Shown here piece after piece: positions 12,201 to 29,129 of a stretch of DNA of 64,000 nucleotides (its first letter is position 1; each line of letters begins with the position of its first letter). A program made the translations under genes and the position numbers. The stretch comes from Balamuthia mandrillaris (taxonomy: Eukaryota): assembly GCA_031835245.2 (NCBI GenBank), contig JAVKOQ020000032.1:62001-126000 (forward strand). Reading direction: 5' to 3'. The notes beneath the pieces are model-generated. The model worked only from the letters and a program-made list of their open reading frames with translations. It ran no database searches and was not told the DNA's origin.

Positions 12201-13215
12201 CGATCTCCTTGATACTCCTCTATGATGGCAATCTCCTCTTTAGTAGGCACATACTCGATGAGAGTGGTGGCCATCTCTGCCGTGAGGACCTTTTCGTCCA
12301 TATCCACGATAGCCTTTTTAAGCTGCTCGTTGCTCTTCTTCATGCCGGACAACATAATGGCGCAGTTGTTGGCTCGTTTCATGTTGATCAATGTAATGGC
12401 TGTCTTCTTCTTCTTCTTTCCATTCTCTCCTTCTCCCTCTTTCGAGCTATTTCCTCCCTCCCCCTCCGTTTTCTCCATTTGATAGACAGCACCAGCACAG
12501 AAGGTCCTCTCTATCTCATCAAAGTCCAGCTCCACTTTCTCATCGTTCACTCCCGCCCAGAAGCTGTCCTTGATCTTCACCGCTGGCAGTTTGGTCCAGT
12601 TGAGGTGCTTCAGCTTGACTTTAGGATGGAAGATCTTCTTGTGTGGGAGGTTGGAACCACCCATGCCAGGTGGTGGAGGAATCAAGCCGCCCATTCCAGG
12701 AGGAGGTGGGGCCATCATCATCGGTGGTGGAGGAGGAGTGCTGATAGGAGGCAAAGGAACGGGAATGATCTTGTTTTGGTCATCGTCGCCTGTTGTTGGT
12801 TCTTGCTCTTTCTCTTTTTCTTTTTCTTTCTCTTTCTTTTTGTTGGCTTTCTTGTCGTCGTCCTCTTCGGAGGAAGAAGAGGAAGAGTCGTCTCCATCTT
12901 TCTTGGCTTTCTTTACTGTTTGACTCTTTTTCTTCTTGGGAGAGGACAACGCTGGTTTGGCGGTTGTCTCGGTCACCAATGTCAATGGAGGGATTTGGAG
13001 GTCCTCCATTTTGATGACCGACTTCATCATGGCTTGCAGGGAGCCTACCGAGGCTGGCCGTTGCAACTGGGGTCGACTGGTTTGAGCCCCACCAAATGAG
13101 CCTGTGCCCATCACTTGTGCCCCTGAAACAAATGTTCCTGTTTGCACATGGACAAAAGCGAAGAGTGAGAAGGTGGAGGACAGAAGACATCGGGAAAAAC
13201 AACAGCACAGAGAAG

Positions 13216-13257
<42 letters not shown>

Positions 13258-15544
13258 CATAATAATACCGCTGAGCAGATTCTTCGAGATTTGTTCTCTG
13301 ACTCTGTCCATAGCCGCGGCCTTGCCCCCCTTCTGGTTAGCAGCACCCTTCCCCCCTGTCCCCGCCCCAACTCCCCCTTTCCCTCCCGCTCGAGCGGCCT
13401 TCCGCAAGTCATCCAGCTCCGCCTTCAGGATGACCTCCACTTCCTCCGTAAAGTCGCTTCGATCCATAGTCAGATAAAACTGTTTGTACATCTTCTCCAG
13501 CTTCGTCCAAACGGGCAGACCCAAGCTCGTGGCGGTGGTCAGCTCTAACATCATCTGCAACACGGAGATAAAGCTGGAGTAGTAAGGAGAGCCTTTGGCG
13601 TGCGACTTGAGCACGGCGAAGATCTGAGTTGGGTCGTTCCTGTCCATGCGGTCTAGGAAGGCGCGCTGGCGTTGGGTCTCCTCGTCATCCAGGCGCATCT
13701 CCTCCAGAAAGACCTCTATTTGGGTGTTGAGCTCTGTGGATTGAGCGGCCCAGTTGGCTTCATCCTCTCTTAAACCTTTTTTTGTTTTTTTATTTGAGAG
13801 TTGAAGAATGAATGAAAGAAACGAAAGGAGAAAGAGGAGAAGCAACAAGGATGAAAGTTTGTGAAGGCAGTCGTACTGTCAAAGACGTCCAACAAGCCCA
13901 TGTCTATAAACTCCTTGCGAAGAGCGTTTCTCGTGGAAAGCTCGTCGGGAGCACATGTAAGACTGTTGATAAACGCTACTGCCGGTACCAAGAACTCCAA
14001 CGTGACTTCCTCTCTAAAGGCGGCCATGAGCGGAGCGAAGCGAGAGGACTCTTTCTTCTTTTTCTTGTAGGTGTTGAACGCTTCGAGCACAATGTTGGTT
14101 CCCTTTGGTGGAGAGTAGAGTGCCACGAAGGAGAGCAACTCCAATACCATTGCTATGAGCTTGTTGTTAGAAGCGATAGAGAAAGAGAAGAGAAGAGAAG
14201 AAAGAGAGAGGGAGAAAGAGAGAGAGAGGGAGAGAGAAAGAAAGAAAGAGAGAAAAGAGAAAGAAAGAAAAGATAAGAAAGAAAATGAGGTTACCTCTCA
14301 TTCCCATCTTCTCAGTATCCCATACATATACAATGGCCTTTACGGCTCCATGAGTGTCGATGAACTCCTGCAAGCCCTGTTGCGTGTTGAGCAGAGCTCG
14401 GAAGCATTTCAAGCAGCCAGCTATGATGCTCAAGTCCGTTCCGCTCTTTCTTTTCTTGCCTTGCCGATCCCTCAGCAGCTCCAACAGCACTGATATACCT
14501 GTAAAGACAATGAAAAAGAAAGAGAAGGCAGAAAGCGAGAGAGAGAGAGAGAGAGAGAGAACGAAACGACAAGAAAGAACGAAAGACGGAAGAGAGAAGC
14601 GAGTAAGAAGAGCGAGAAAGGGTAAGAAAAGAAGAAGTGGGATCAACGGTAAGCCAGTAAGTACCTTTGTTTGAAGGATTACAAAACGCTTGCACCCAAC
14701 TGGGGTGCAGTGTCTTCTTGAAGAAGCGCTCAAGCTTTCGGAGGTACTTGAGACAGGTGGCCTTGCTCTGCAGGCCGTGCACAAAGTACTCTGGCGTGCC
14801 TTTCTTCAACTGTTTTTTCTTACTCTTCTTGCCTTTGCCTTTTTGATTGGTTTTTTTTTTCGGATGGAAGGAGAAGGAAAGAACAAAAAGTTAAGACAAC
14901 ATATGAAAAGGACCTCAAAACGAAAAAGAGATCAACAACAAACAAACGATCGTTTCGACTCTCTTTTCCTCCAAAAAAATAAAAATAAAATAAAAAAGAA
15001 GACAGAAGGAAAAAAAGAGCACCCTACCGTTCTCCGTGGCAGAGTTCATCAGGGCCTCCACCCGAGGCCTCCACGTCTCCAACAGGGACATCTTCTGGGG
15101 CTCAGGCAGCTCCAACATGTCCTGCTGGTTCTCCGGGCTGATCCCCACAAGGTTCATGATGCGCTTGAACTCCTCCTCGTTGAACTCCTCGCCCGGCTCG
15201 AAGGAGGCCCAGGAGGAGAGGGCCGAATTGGGATAGCCATAACCTCCGTGCGCGTTTGTAGTGTTCTTCTTGTCCAGCCGGTTGTCCTCCGACGAGAGGG
15301 CACTCCTGGCGCTCTTTGGCGTTTTGGGCGTCTTCGGGGTCTTCTTCTTGTCCTGTTCCTTGTCCTTGGTCTTCTCTTTGTCCTTGTCTTTGTCCTTCTT
15401 GGCATCTTTGGCAGAAATATCCCCCACCAGCTTGCTCTTGGTCCGTTTGAGCCGGGAGGCCCTTCGGATGAGCTCGCGAGGGCTACGAGGGCTCCTCGCT
15501 CCTTCATCCAGTTCCTCCTTCTTTGTTTTCTTCTCTTTGCCCAT
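9275..15544 (-). CDS. Diaphanous-related formin (GBD/FH3-FH1-FH2-DAD) with long C-terminal extension
   Basis: Polyproline FH1; FH2 motifs LKHLNWTKL, ILALGNYINGGTFRGAAYGF, KLQDTRS; DAD-like MEDMIRQIKSGAYFRKRR; upstream armadillo-like GBD/FH3 exons. The start is inferred at MGKEKKTKK. Confidence 0.93.
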
Positions 15545-16343
15545 CCTCTTTTTCCGTTGTGTTGTTTCCTCTCGTTTGCGCACTCTCTTTCTAAAGGCTC
15601 CACGGGCAAAAGCAGAAGAGCTGAGCGGAGAGGTAAGGTCTGGCGGCAGAGTCCCTTCTTGATTTTGTTGAAGTTGGGTCGTTCACTTGTGCGTTTGGAG
15701 GGGTACCAGCCCCGCAAAGAGGGCGTTCGTTGGAGCGCACTGTCTCACTTAAACAAGAGGAGGGGAGGATCCAAAATCAAACGCTCCAACACAGGTTATA
15801 AACCGTCTTATCGGAAAAAAAAATGGGAGTCAACCCGACTCACAAAAAAAAATTCCCTTTTTTTCCCGGTCAGTTTGTATATATATAAGTATCTCCAAGC
15901 AAACTTTAAAACAGATTAAACAAAAAAGAAGCCACAAAAGTCAGACCCAACGGTTTTTTTTTTTGTTTGAATGCGTTAAACAAAAAAAAAGTGAATCAAC
16001 CGTCGCAAGCTTTCCTTTTTAAGCATGATTCAACCAATCGGAAGGTGCCACATCATGCGATCTATGATTCGATCTACTCAAAAATGTGAGGAAGAAAAGA
16101 AAGGTGGATGGAAGAAGGAAGGAATGGAGAGGTTTTGGTTGTTCGTCTTTTTGTATTTTTTTTTTTTTAAAGAGGTTAAGAAAAGGGTTTAAAGGTATTT
16201 ACACAAACGTACCAAGCAGCCCCGCTTGTGTGTTACATAAATAAAATAAAATAATATAATATAATAAATAATTCAACGAAAAAAAAAAAAGAGGCTGGTG
16301 GAGAAGGCGAAGGCGAAGAGATGTTTCAGGAAGAGGAATCGCA

Positions 16344-17639
16344 TCAGATGGTGCTGAGGTGTTGCAGTATCTTCTTTGCTATAGGGCGCCTATTGGGCTT
16401 TTTGGAGGTACACAGACGGAAGAGCTTGACCAAGTCCTTGAACTCCTCCTCGTTAAAGTCGGCGGGGAAGTTTGGTCGTGTGCCCCTGGCGTTAGTTTCC
16501 GAGAGTCGCAGAAACTCCAAGTCAAAGTAGGGTCGCCGCAAGGTCATCAGCTCAAACATGATCATCCCAAACGACCATGCTTGAAGAATAAGGTTAGGAA
16601 TCGGAAAGCATGAAAGAGGCAGCGGAGAAGAATGGAAAGAAGAGGAAAGAGAGAGCAAAAGAGGAGCGCGAGCCGTACTGTCAGCTTCCACACCATAGCC
16701 ACCGGCTTTTTCTTTGGATGGCTTTGACATGATCTCAGGCGCAATGTATCCCGCTGTTGCATCCAGAGTCAAGGAGAAAAAGAACACAATAAAGAAGAAG
16801 GGAAGAAGAACACCAACTGAAGAAAGAAAGAAAGAAGAGCAGAAAAATAAAAGCAAAAGAAGGAGAGGTATAAACAAGGATACGAGTCCCAACGTTTTGA
16901 GTGAACGTGAACTTGCCAGCAGAAATAACTTTGGACACATCAAAGTCACCTTTTTAAATATAAAAGAGCACACACATAAGCAAAGAGGAAGAAGAAAGAG
17001 GAGCAGCAAGAATAAACAAAAAAAAAACGTACCTATCCTCAAAGTCTTTGGATTCTTCATAGCATCCCAACACACAAAGATGTTGTCACTCTGAATAAAA
17101 CAAAAGATTATGTATGAACCAATAAGGGAGAGGGAGAGGGAGAGGGAGAGAGAGAAGAGTTAAGGAAACAACAGTAGGGAAAGAAAGTGAGGAGAGAGAG
17201 AGAGAGAGATCATACCTTCAAATCTCTATGTACAATAGGAGGATCCTGGCTCTGCAGGTAATGCAAGCCCTTCGCTATTTGGAAGAGGAACCCAACAATC
17301 TCCTGTTTGCTAAAAGGTTTGTTGGCCTGGGCGCGGGCGTTGATGACCTCCGTCAGCGTGCCAGAATAGAGCTCCGTGTAGAGCCGCACCTCTTTGGTTT
17401 CAGGGTTGAAGTCGCTGCCGAGGTACTGAACAATGTGCTCGTGGCGGAGCCCGGTCATGATGAAGATCTCCCGCATGAGGGGCTCGATGACCTCTTGTGG
17501 CTGGTTCTTTGTGTCGAGGATCTTGGCGGCGAAGCTGAACCCTTTTACACCGCAGCGATACACGCTTGCCCCGCTGTATTGGGTTTGTGGGTTAGATGGA
17601 CCAGCAAAGAACAAGAGAAGAGGTGAGAAGAGAAGAGAA

Positions 17640-17674
<35 letters not shown>

Positions 17675-17808
17675 AGATTTAAGCACCTTCCTCCACCGCC
17701 TAACTTCTCAAAGAACTCTACTTTATCTCTCTTAAAGTCGATAGTGATGGTGCCATGTGTTGCCAATACTACCCCATCTACATATATTTGTTACAAAACA
17801 AGATTGAG

Positions 17809-17851
<43 letters not shown>

Positions 17852-18403
17852 AGACCTGCGCTATTGCTAATGCTGCTATTAGTGGTTTCGATAACATTTA
17901 GAGACTGAGACCTGCCTCGGAACTTGCCAGCTCCACCATCCGCTCTTGCCTTTCTCTCAATTACCAGCTTTTCCTGCTCCAACATTTTCACTTGGTTCTT
18001 CAGCTCTGCAACTTGTTGCAACAACGAATTGTAGTCTGGAGGTAAAGTCTCTATCGAGGAGGAAGAGGAGGTTGGTGATGAGGGGTTGGAGTTGAAGGTG
18101 ATGCCGTCTTCTATGATGTTATCCAGGGAAGACGGTCGGACACGAGGAAAGGTTCCGGATGAAGAGGCGGAGGAGGCGGAGGAAGATGGATGGGACGGAG
18201 AGGAGGAGGCGGAGGAATTGGTTGCTCCATCGGCAACGCCGGGTAATGGGTCTACATTGGGTCGGAGAGAGTTTCTTTTGGAAGGTTGTGACTGGTATGT
18301 TGCATTGGGAAGGTTGCTCCGAATTGCATCGAACCATTCTCTGTGAAAAGGCAAATAGGCGAAGCAAGAAGAGGTAAAATGGGAGTAAACAAGAAGAATG
18401 AGT

Positions 18404-18447
<44 letters not shown>

Positions 18448-19361
18448 AAACATACTTCAATACAACGGGAGCATTGATAGCATTCAGCATGATGTGTTGA
18501 GAAGGAGCATCCTCTGGTTTCACCACAATGGTGAGCTGACCATCCACCAGTTTTATCTGCGAGTCAGCCGTCAACTTGGCGACCTTGTCTACTTGTCCTT
18601 TTGGCTTCACGTAAAACACCAGCTTGTGGTCCGACTGCAAAGAGCAGAAACGTTTTTTCCAGCCAGACTCAGAATGAAAGTATACTGCTCCTTGTTTGAT
18701 GATGCGCACCTGCTCTCCCCAAATTGCATAGAACGCTTAGATAGAAAGCAAAGAAGGAGGAGAAGGAGAAGAAGTTACCGATTCAGGAGAGGAAGGAGCC
18801 TCCTTCTCCTTTGGGGCAATGTGTTGACCGCCATCATACACAGGAGGGGGTGAGCGTGGTTTTTGTTGTTGTGGTTGCTGCTGCTGTTGTTGTTGTGCCA
18901 CCATGTAATGATGAAACTGTCCCGAGGAAGTGGGCGAAGCCCCACCATGCTGATGAAACGAGGAGGAAGAGAAAGGGGCTTGCTGCGGTGAGTAAGGACT
19001 ACCCCCACCAGGAGGAGTGTAAACATAGCCCTGAGGAGAATACTGAGGAGGAGGGGCATGGTTCATTGGGACAGCCCCAGCCATTTGAGGGTGGTGGTGC
19101 GGGTGCGGAGGAGGAGTGTGGTAGACATGGTGTGGAGCTTGGTGGTGAGCGTAGTAGCCGGTCACATAGTGTTGTTGCTGCTGCTGCTGTTGTGGTTGGA
19201 GATGAGGAGGGTGAGCTGGATGTGCACCGACAACAACAGGCACCGCGCTTCCGGCATTCTATATTACACAGATTTGTTATTTTTATAAAAAAAAATGAGG
19301 AATGCAAGGGAGAACAAAAGAGAGAAGAAGAGGCAGAACTGAGAAAAAAAAAACCTACCAT
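16344..19361 (-). CDS. PH-domain Ser/Thr protein kinase with Q/H/P-rich N-terminus and coiled coil
   Basis: PH-like IIKQGAVYFHSESGWKKRFCSL...EWFDAIR; kinase motifs EKLGGGG, FAAK, HRDLK, DFD, GT...GYIAPE, WSFGMIMFELMT, RRP. Confidence 0.88.
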
Positions 19362-20153
19362 AGGGTCAAAGTTGGACGAAGAAGAAGAACAATAAACAAA
19401 AAAAAAAAGAAGATGCAGAAGAAGAGGTTTGAAACCAATAAAAAGAGGCTCAGGCTTGTCAAACGTGTCTCCGGATTATTGGAATCTTTTCTATAAAAGT
19501 GGACGAAAGCGCACTCCTCCCTGTGTTTTGTTGGACTATATTGGAGGGGGCCCAAAAAAAAAAAAATAGAGAGCCTTTGCTTGGCTTGTCGTGTACGTGC
19601 TCAGTTACGCTTCTTTTCCTTCTTTTTTTTTTATTTATTTATGGAGTATTTTTGTATTTTTTTTTAAAATCGTAAAAATAAAATATAGGCGTATCCTCGT
19701 TGACGTGATATTACCTTAATTTGGAAATTTTGTGAACGGGATTATCGGGATTCATTATAAATGGGAAATATGTGGTTCCTTGTTTGAATTTTCATTCGTT
19801 GGAGATGCCCGATCGTGATGCGTTACGATCGAAGAGGACCGCAAGAAGAAACCAAGAGGCATCCGTCGGTTTTGTTGTATCAGTCGTGGTATCCTCAATC
19901 TCCGCCAGCCAATGGCCTAGCCAAAGTAAACCTCCTCCCTCTCTTTCAGGGTTGTTTTCCCCACCTGAACGGCCGGATTTATTTTTGTAACGTTCTCTGG
20001 TTCTTCCGATCATATGAACTGTTTCGTAGAGAATGTATCATTAATATAAACGCATAACAGGTTTTCGACGAATGAAGCCAAGCTGCTTTAATAATAACTT
20101 TTTCTTCTTTTCAAACAATAAAAGCAACTTCGAAAAGAAAGGCCAAGGCCACC

Positions 20154-25089
<4,936 letters not shown>

Positions 25090-25091
25090 AG

Positions 25092-25125
<34 letters not shown>

Positions 25126-25304
25126 AAAAAAGGTGGTACTGTAAATGAATAAATAAAGCTTAACATTCTTGCTGTTCTTCTTCCTTTCGTTCTTAAGTCA
25201 ACTTTGAGTTGTCTTCGAAATGGAAGAACGAAATAAATAAGCAAAAAATAAATAAAAAGCAGTGCAAATAACAAACAACGAAGTGATACTTGTAGTTTCG
25301 TCCT

Positions 25305-26171
25305 TTAACCGTCAAGCTCCGGCCAAAACAACACTATCGCGATAAGCCCAACTCCCAGTAACATTGCAAGTCCCATTCCATATCTTTAATACAACGTGAG
25401 AAGAAATAAGAAGGGAAGAGAGAGAGAGAGAGAGAGAGAGAGAAACGAAGATGGTACCTCATCTTTTTGGAAGAAGCAGCCTCAAACTCTTCGGACAAAA
25501 TATCCATGATAGCCACGTACAAGAAAGTACCTGCTGCCAATGACTCCAACAAACCCTTTAGTTGGTGGAAATTGCTTAGTACGTTAAACTAAAGAAAGAA
25601 AAGAGGAAGAGAGTATTATTACCTCAGCAATAAAGGCTGACCTGCCACTTAGGGCAGAGTTGAGACCAATACCAATGCCGATACCAATCGGCGTTGCGGT
25701 GGAGTAGATAGCAAGTATACCAACCCATGACTTGAGCTTCACTCCTTCTTTCACAAAACTAGTGCCAAAAGCAAATGCTTCAATCCACTTGTGAGAAGCA
25801 ATGGCGATGAGCAGCAGCGTGGTCTGCGAGACGGTGCTCTCAACGCCGAGAGCCAGCCCTTCAATCACAGAGTGAATGGAAAGCACCAGAGCGAGAATGT
25901 AGGGTACGACCGGCCGCTGAGTCACTTCGATGTGTTGATGGCCTTCGTGTTCAGAAGCACGTTGTTGCAGCAAGCGTTGATGCTCTCCTTCGTGTTGAAG
26001 CTCAAGATATGCTTTGTACTCATCTCTGTTTGGAAAGGTAACATTGTAAATAAGCAGAGTGAAAGAGAACAAGAGCAAAAGGTACGAGAGTGTGTGATAG
26101 AGTGAGTGAGAGAGCAGGAGAAGAGTAGAAGGAAGAGAGAAGAAGAGAAGAAGAAGAAGAAGAAGAAGAAG

Positions 26172-26208
<37 letters not shown>

Positions 26209-26770
26209 GAACGCACAAGCTCAACCGCCGGTTCTGCACCTCCTCCTGCACGGTGGTGCCCTCCCCTCCAAAATACATGGTCTGAAACCCTCCTCCCTCC
26301 ACTCCGTGGTGGTGGTGGTGGTGCTGCCCCAACAGCCCCCTCTCCCTCAGGCTGCCCGCCGCGCCGTAGTGAGGGATGAGCTGGCGGGGCACCACGATCA
26401 TGTCGGCGGTGACGTGACGCTCGCCGGCCGCCGTGGAGACGGCCAGTACCTGGTGGCTGTGGGCGTTGCCCATGAAGACCTTCTCCACGAAGAGGACCAG
26501 GGAGAAGCCCGCGATGGCCAGGAGGGGCGAGACCGGGATGCCTTCCGCCAGGCGGGCCTCGCGCAGCTGCTCCTCGGCCTCGGGCAGGAGGTGGGCCAGG
26601 CCTATGCAGAGGAAGACCCCGCCGGAGAGGGCGTTGCCCAGGGAGAGCAGCGCGCGGGAGTGGCTCTCCTTCATGCGCCGCAGCTTGAGGAGGGAGGGCA
26701 GCAGCCCGCCGAACCAGACCAGCACGATCATGATGAGGATGCTGAGGATCTTCCACACGTATAACTCCAT
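25305..26770 (-). CDS. ZIP (SLC39) zinc/iron transporter, 4 exons
   Basis: GNALSGGVFLCIGLAHLLPEA, His-rich loop HHHHHH, LSIHSVIEGLALG, IASHKWIEAF, SLAAGTFLYVAIMDIL. Confidence 0.95.
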
Positions 26771-27104
26771 CTTCTCTCACTGCTCTCTCTCTTTTTTGCA
26801 AAAGTTTGAAGGTGAAGCAAGACACACGAGGAAGAAGCGTTGCGAAGAGGGGAAGCAAGGAAAAAAAAAGGGGGGGGTGGGGGGTCTATGCCTTGGCTTG
26901 CTTGCTTGCTGGTCCTCCGACTGCTCCTCTTCTTTCCGGTGGGCGTTGACTCGGCGAGGCCTGTCTGTGGCCGACATAGCAGCAGGAAAAAGAGGGGAAA
27001 TCCGAATGGTGCATGGGGGGAAATAGCCTGGACAGGAGAGAAGACACGAGATAGATCGATAATATGGTCGAGGATGACGTGGATATAGATCGATAGAAAG
27101 TGAC

Positions 27105-27195
27105 TGACGTGTCGTCACATGATTGGATAACAAATCCAAAATTTTGTTCCTAAAATAGAGAAGGTTATTTTGATGACGTGTCAAGTTACCATTGG
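27105..27195 (-). promoter_or_regulatory. Two copies of CCAAT-N9-ACACGTCA in the ZIP/TPS divergent promoter
   Basis: 27105-27126 and 27174-27195 read CCAAT-catgtgacg-ACACGTCA and CCAAT-ggtaacttg-ACACGTCA on the minus strand. Confidence 0.6.
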
Positions 27196-27387
27196 ATAAA
27201 TCCAACTGGTGAAAATAGCAAACCGTTCGAAAACACATCGAAATTCTACTGATTCGAATTTCGATATTTCCTTTTAGAGTAAAGGACACGAGCCAGGAGA
27301 GCGAGAGAGGACGCGAGAGAGAAAGAAAAACAACAAAAAAAGTAAATTTTTTTCAAATGTTAAAAAAGAAGAGAGACGAGAGAGAGC

Positions 27388-27978
27388 ATGAACCCGCAGC
27401 AACAACAGCCACAGGGGCATCCGCCAGCGTCAGCCAGCTCCTCCGATCGAACGGGCGGAACCTACTTCAAGGAATGGAAAGGACGACGCCCTGATCGGGT
27501 GATCGTGGTCACCAAAAATCTGCCACTCACCGTCTCCAAGAAGGCTGATGGCAGTTAGGCAGCTTCTCTGTTCACTCCCGTCTTCTCGTTCCTCTTCCTC
27601 TCGCTCCGTTTTTGCCAGTGGTCTCACTTATTTTTTGAAAAAGGTTGGACTATAAGAAAAGCACAGCTTGGTCCCATTGCTTCTGCCGTTCGTCTCATCG
27701 AAGAAGGTTACTTTAGTGTTCCTTTTTTTTCCTTTGCTCTTCTCTTCTCACGTTTGCCTTCTCTCTGTTTTCTCTCTTCTCCCTTCTGCCTTCTCCTCTA
27801 TTCTCTCGCTTCTCTGCTTCACTCGTCCGCTCGTTTTCTGCTGTCGTCTCTTTTCTTCTCCATCCCTCCCTCCCTCTTCTCTCACTCTCTTCTCTCTCTT
27901 CTCTCTCTTCTCTCTTTCCTCTCTTGTCTCTCTTGTCTCTCTTCTCTCTTGTCTCTCTTGTCTCTCTCTCTCTCTCTT

Positions 27979-28016
<38 letters not shown>

Positions 28017-28111
28017 GTCCTCTCACTCTCTCTTCTCTTTCTTGCTCGCTCTCTCTTCTGTCCTCTCACTCTTCTCTTTTCTGTCCTCTCACTCTCTCTT
28101 CTCTCTCTTGC

Positions 28112-28150
<39 letters not shown>

Positions 28151-29084
28151 CTCGCTCTCTCTCTCTTCTCTATCTCTCCTGCTCTCTCCTCTCAAGGTTT
28201 TTAACTCCTTTTCACAAAACAGGAGACGGAAGACTCAAGTTTGCTTGGGTAGGCACCCTCCCCGGTGAGATCCCCCAAGAGGAACGTCCCGCTCTCACTG
28301 AGCTCCTCTGGAAGGAGCACCACAGCATGCCCGTCTTTCTCGACATGAAGGAGGAAGCCGCCTGGACTCACTTTTGCAAGTCCTGCCTTTGGCCACTGCT
28401 CAACTCGCAGCTGGTCTCCTCGGACTTTGACTATGACCTGTGGCATGCGTACAAAGAGTGCAACCAAAAGATGGCGGAAGCCGTCTATGAAGTTTGCACT
28501 TCATATAGGGGAGAGGACCTCATTTGGATACATGACTATCACTTGCAGCTTGTCCCTACAAGTTTTGTATCTCTCTTCTCTGCCTCTCTCTTCTCGCTTC
28601 TCTCCTTATGACCTTTTTTTGCTCTATTTGCTTCAGAATTGAGAAGAATGAAAGGAGTGGGACTCAACACAAGGATCGGCTTTTTCTCTCACACGCCATT
28701 CCCTACTTCGGAGATCTTTCGCATTCTTCCCATTCGAGCGAAACTGCTGGAAGGAGTGTTGGGTGCTGACTTGATAGGCTTTCAGACATATCATGACTGT
28801 CGTCACTTCCTGAGCGCTTGTACTCGCATCCTCGCTCTGGATTCTCGACCTAAAGGTGGTCTATCCTCTCTGTTCTTTGGTTCTCTTCTTATCTTCTGAT
28901 TTCTCTTTGCTGGCTTCAAACTCCTTTCCGCGTAAACATTTAGGAGTGGAATGGGCAGGAAGAATGGTAGCAGTGGACATCTTTCCAGTAGGCATTGATC
29001 CAGATGGGTTGGAGAAAGTGATGGAATCAGAACCTGTAAAAGGTAACTCTTTTCTCTCGTTCTCTCAGGCATGCTCTTATTGAC

Positions 29085-29129
<45 letters not shown>

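Noticed and set aside
10308..13099. Long plus-strand ORFs (312 and 369 aa)
   Set aside because: Antisense shadows of the formin exons; likewise 14690-15919 and 37174-38688.
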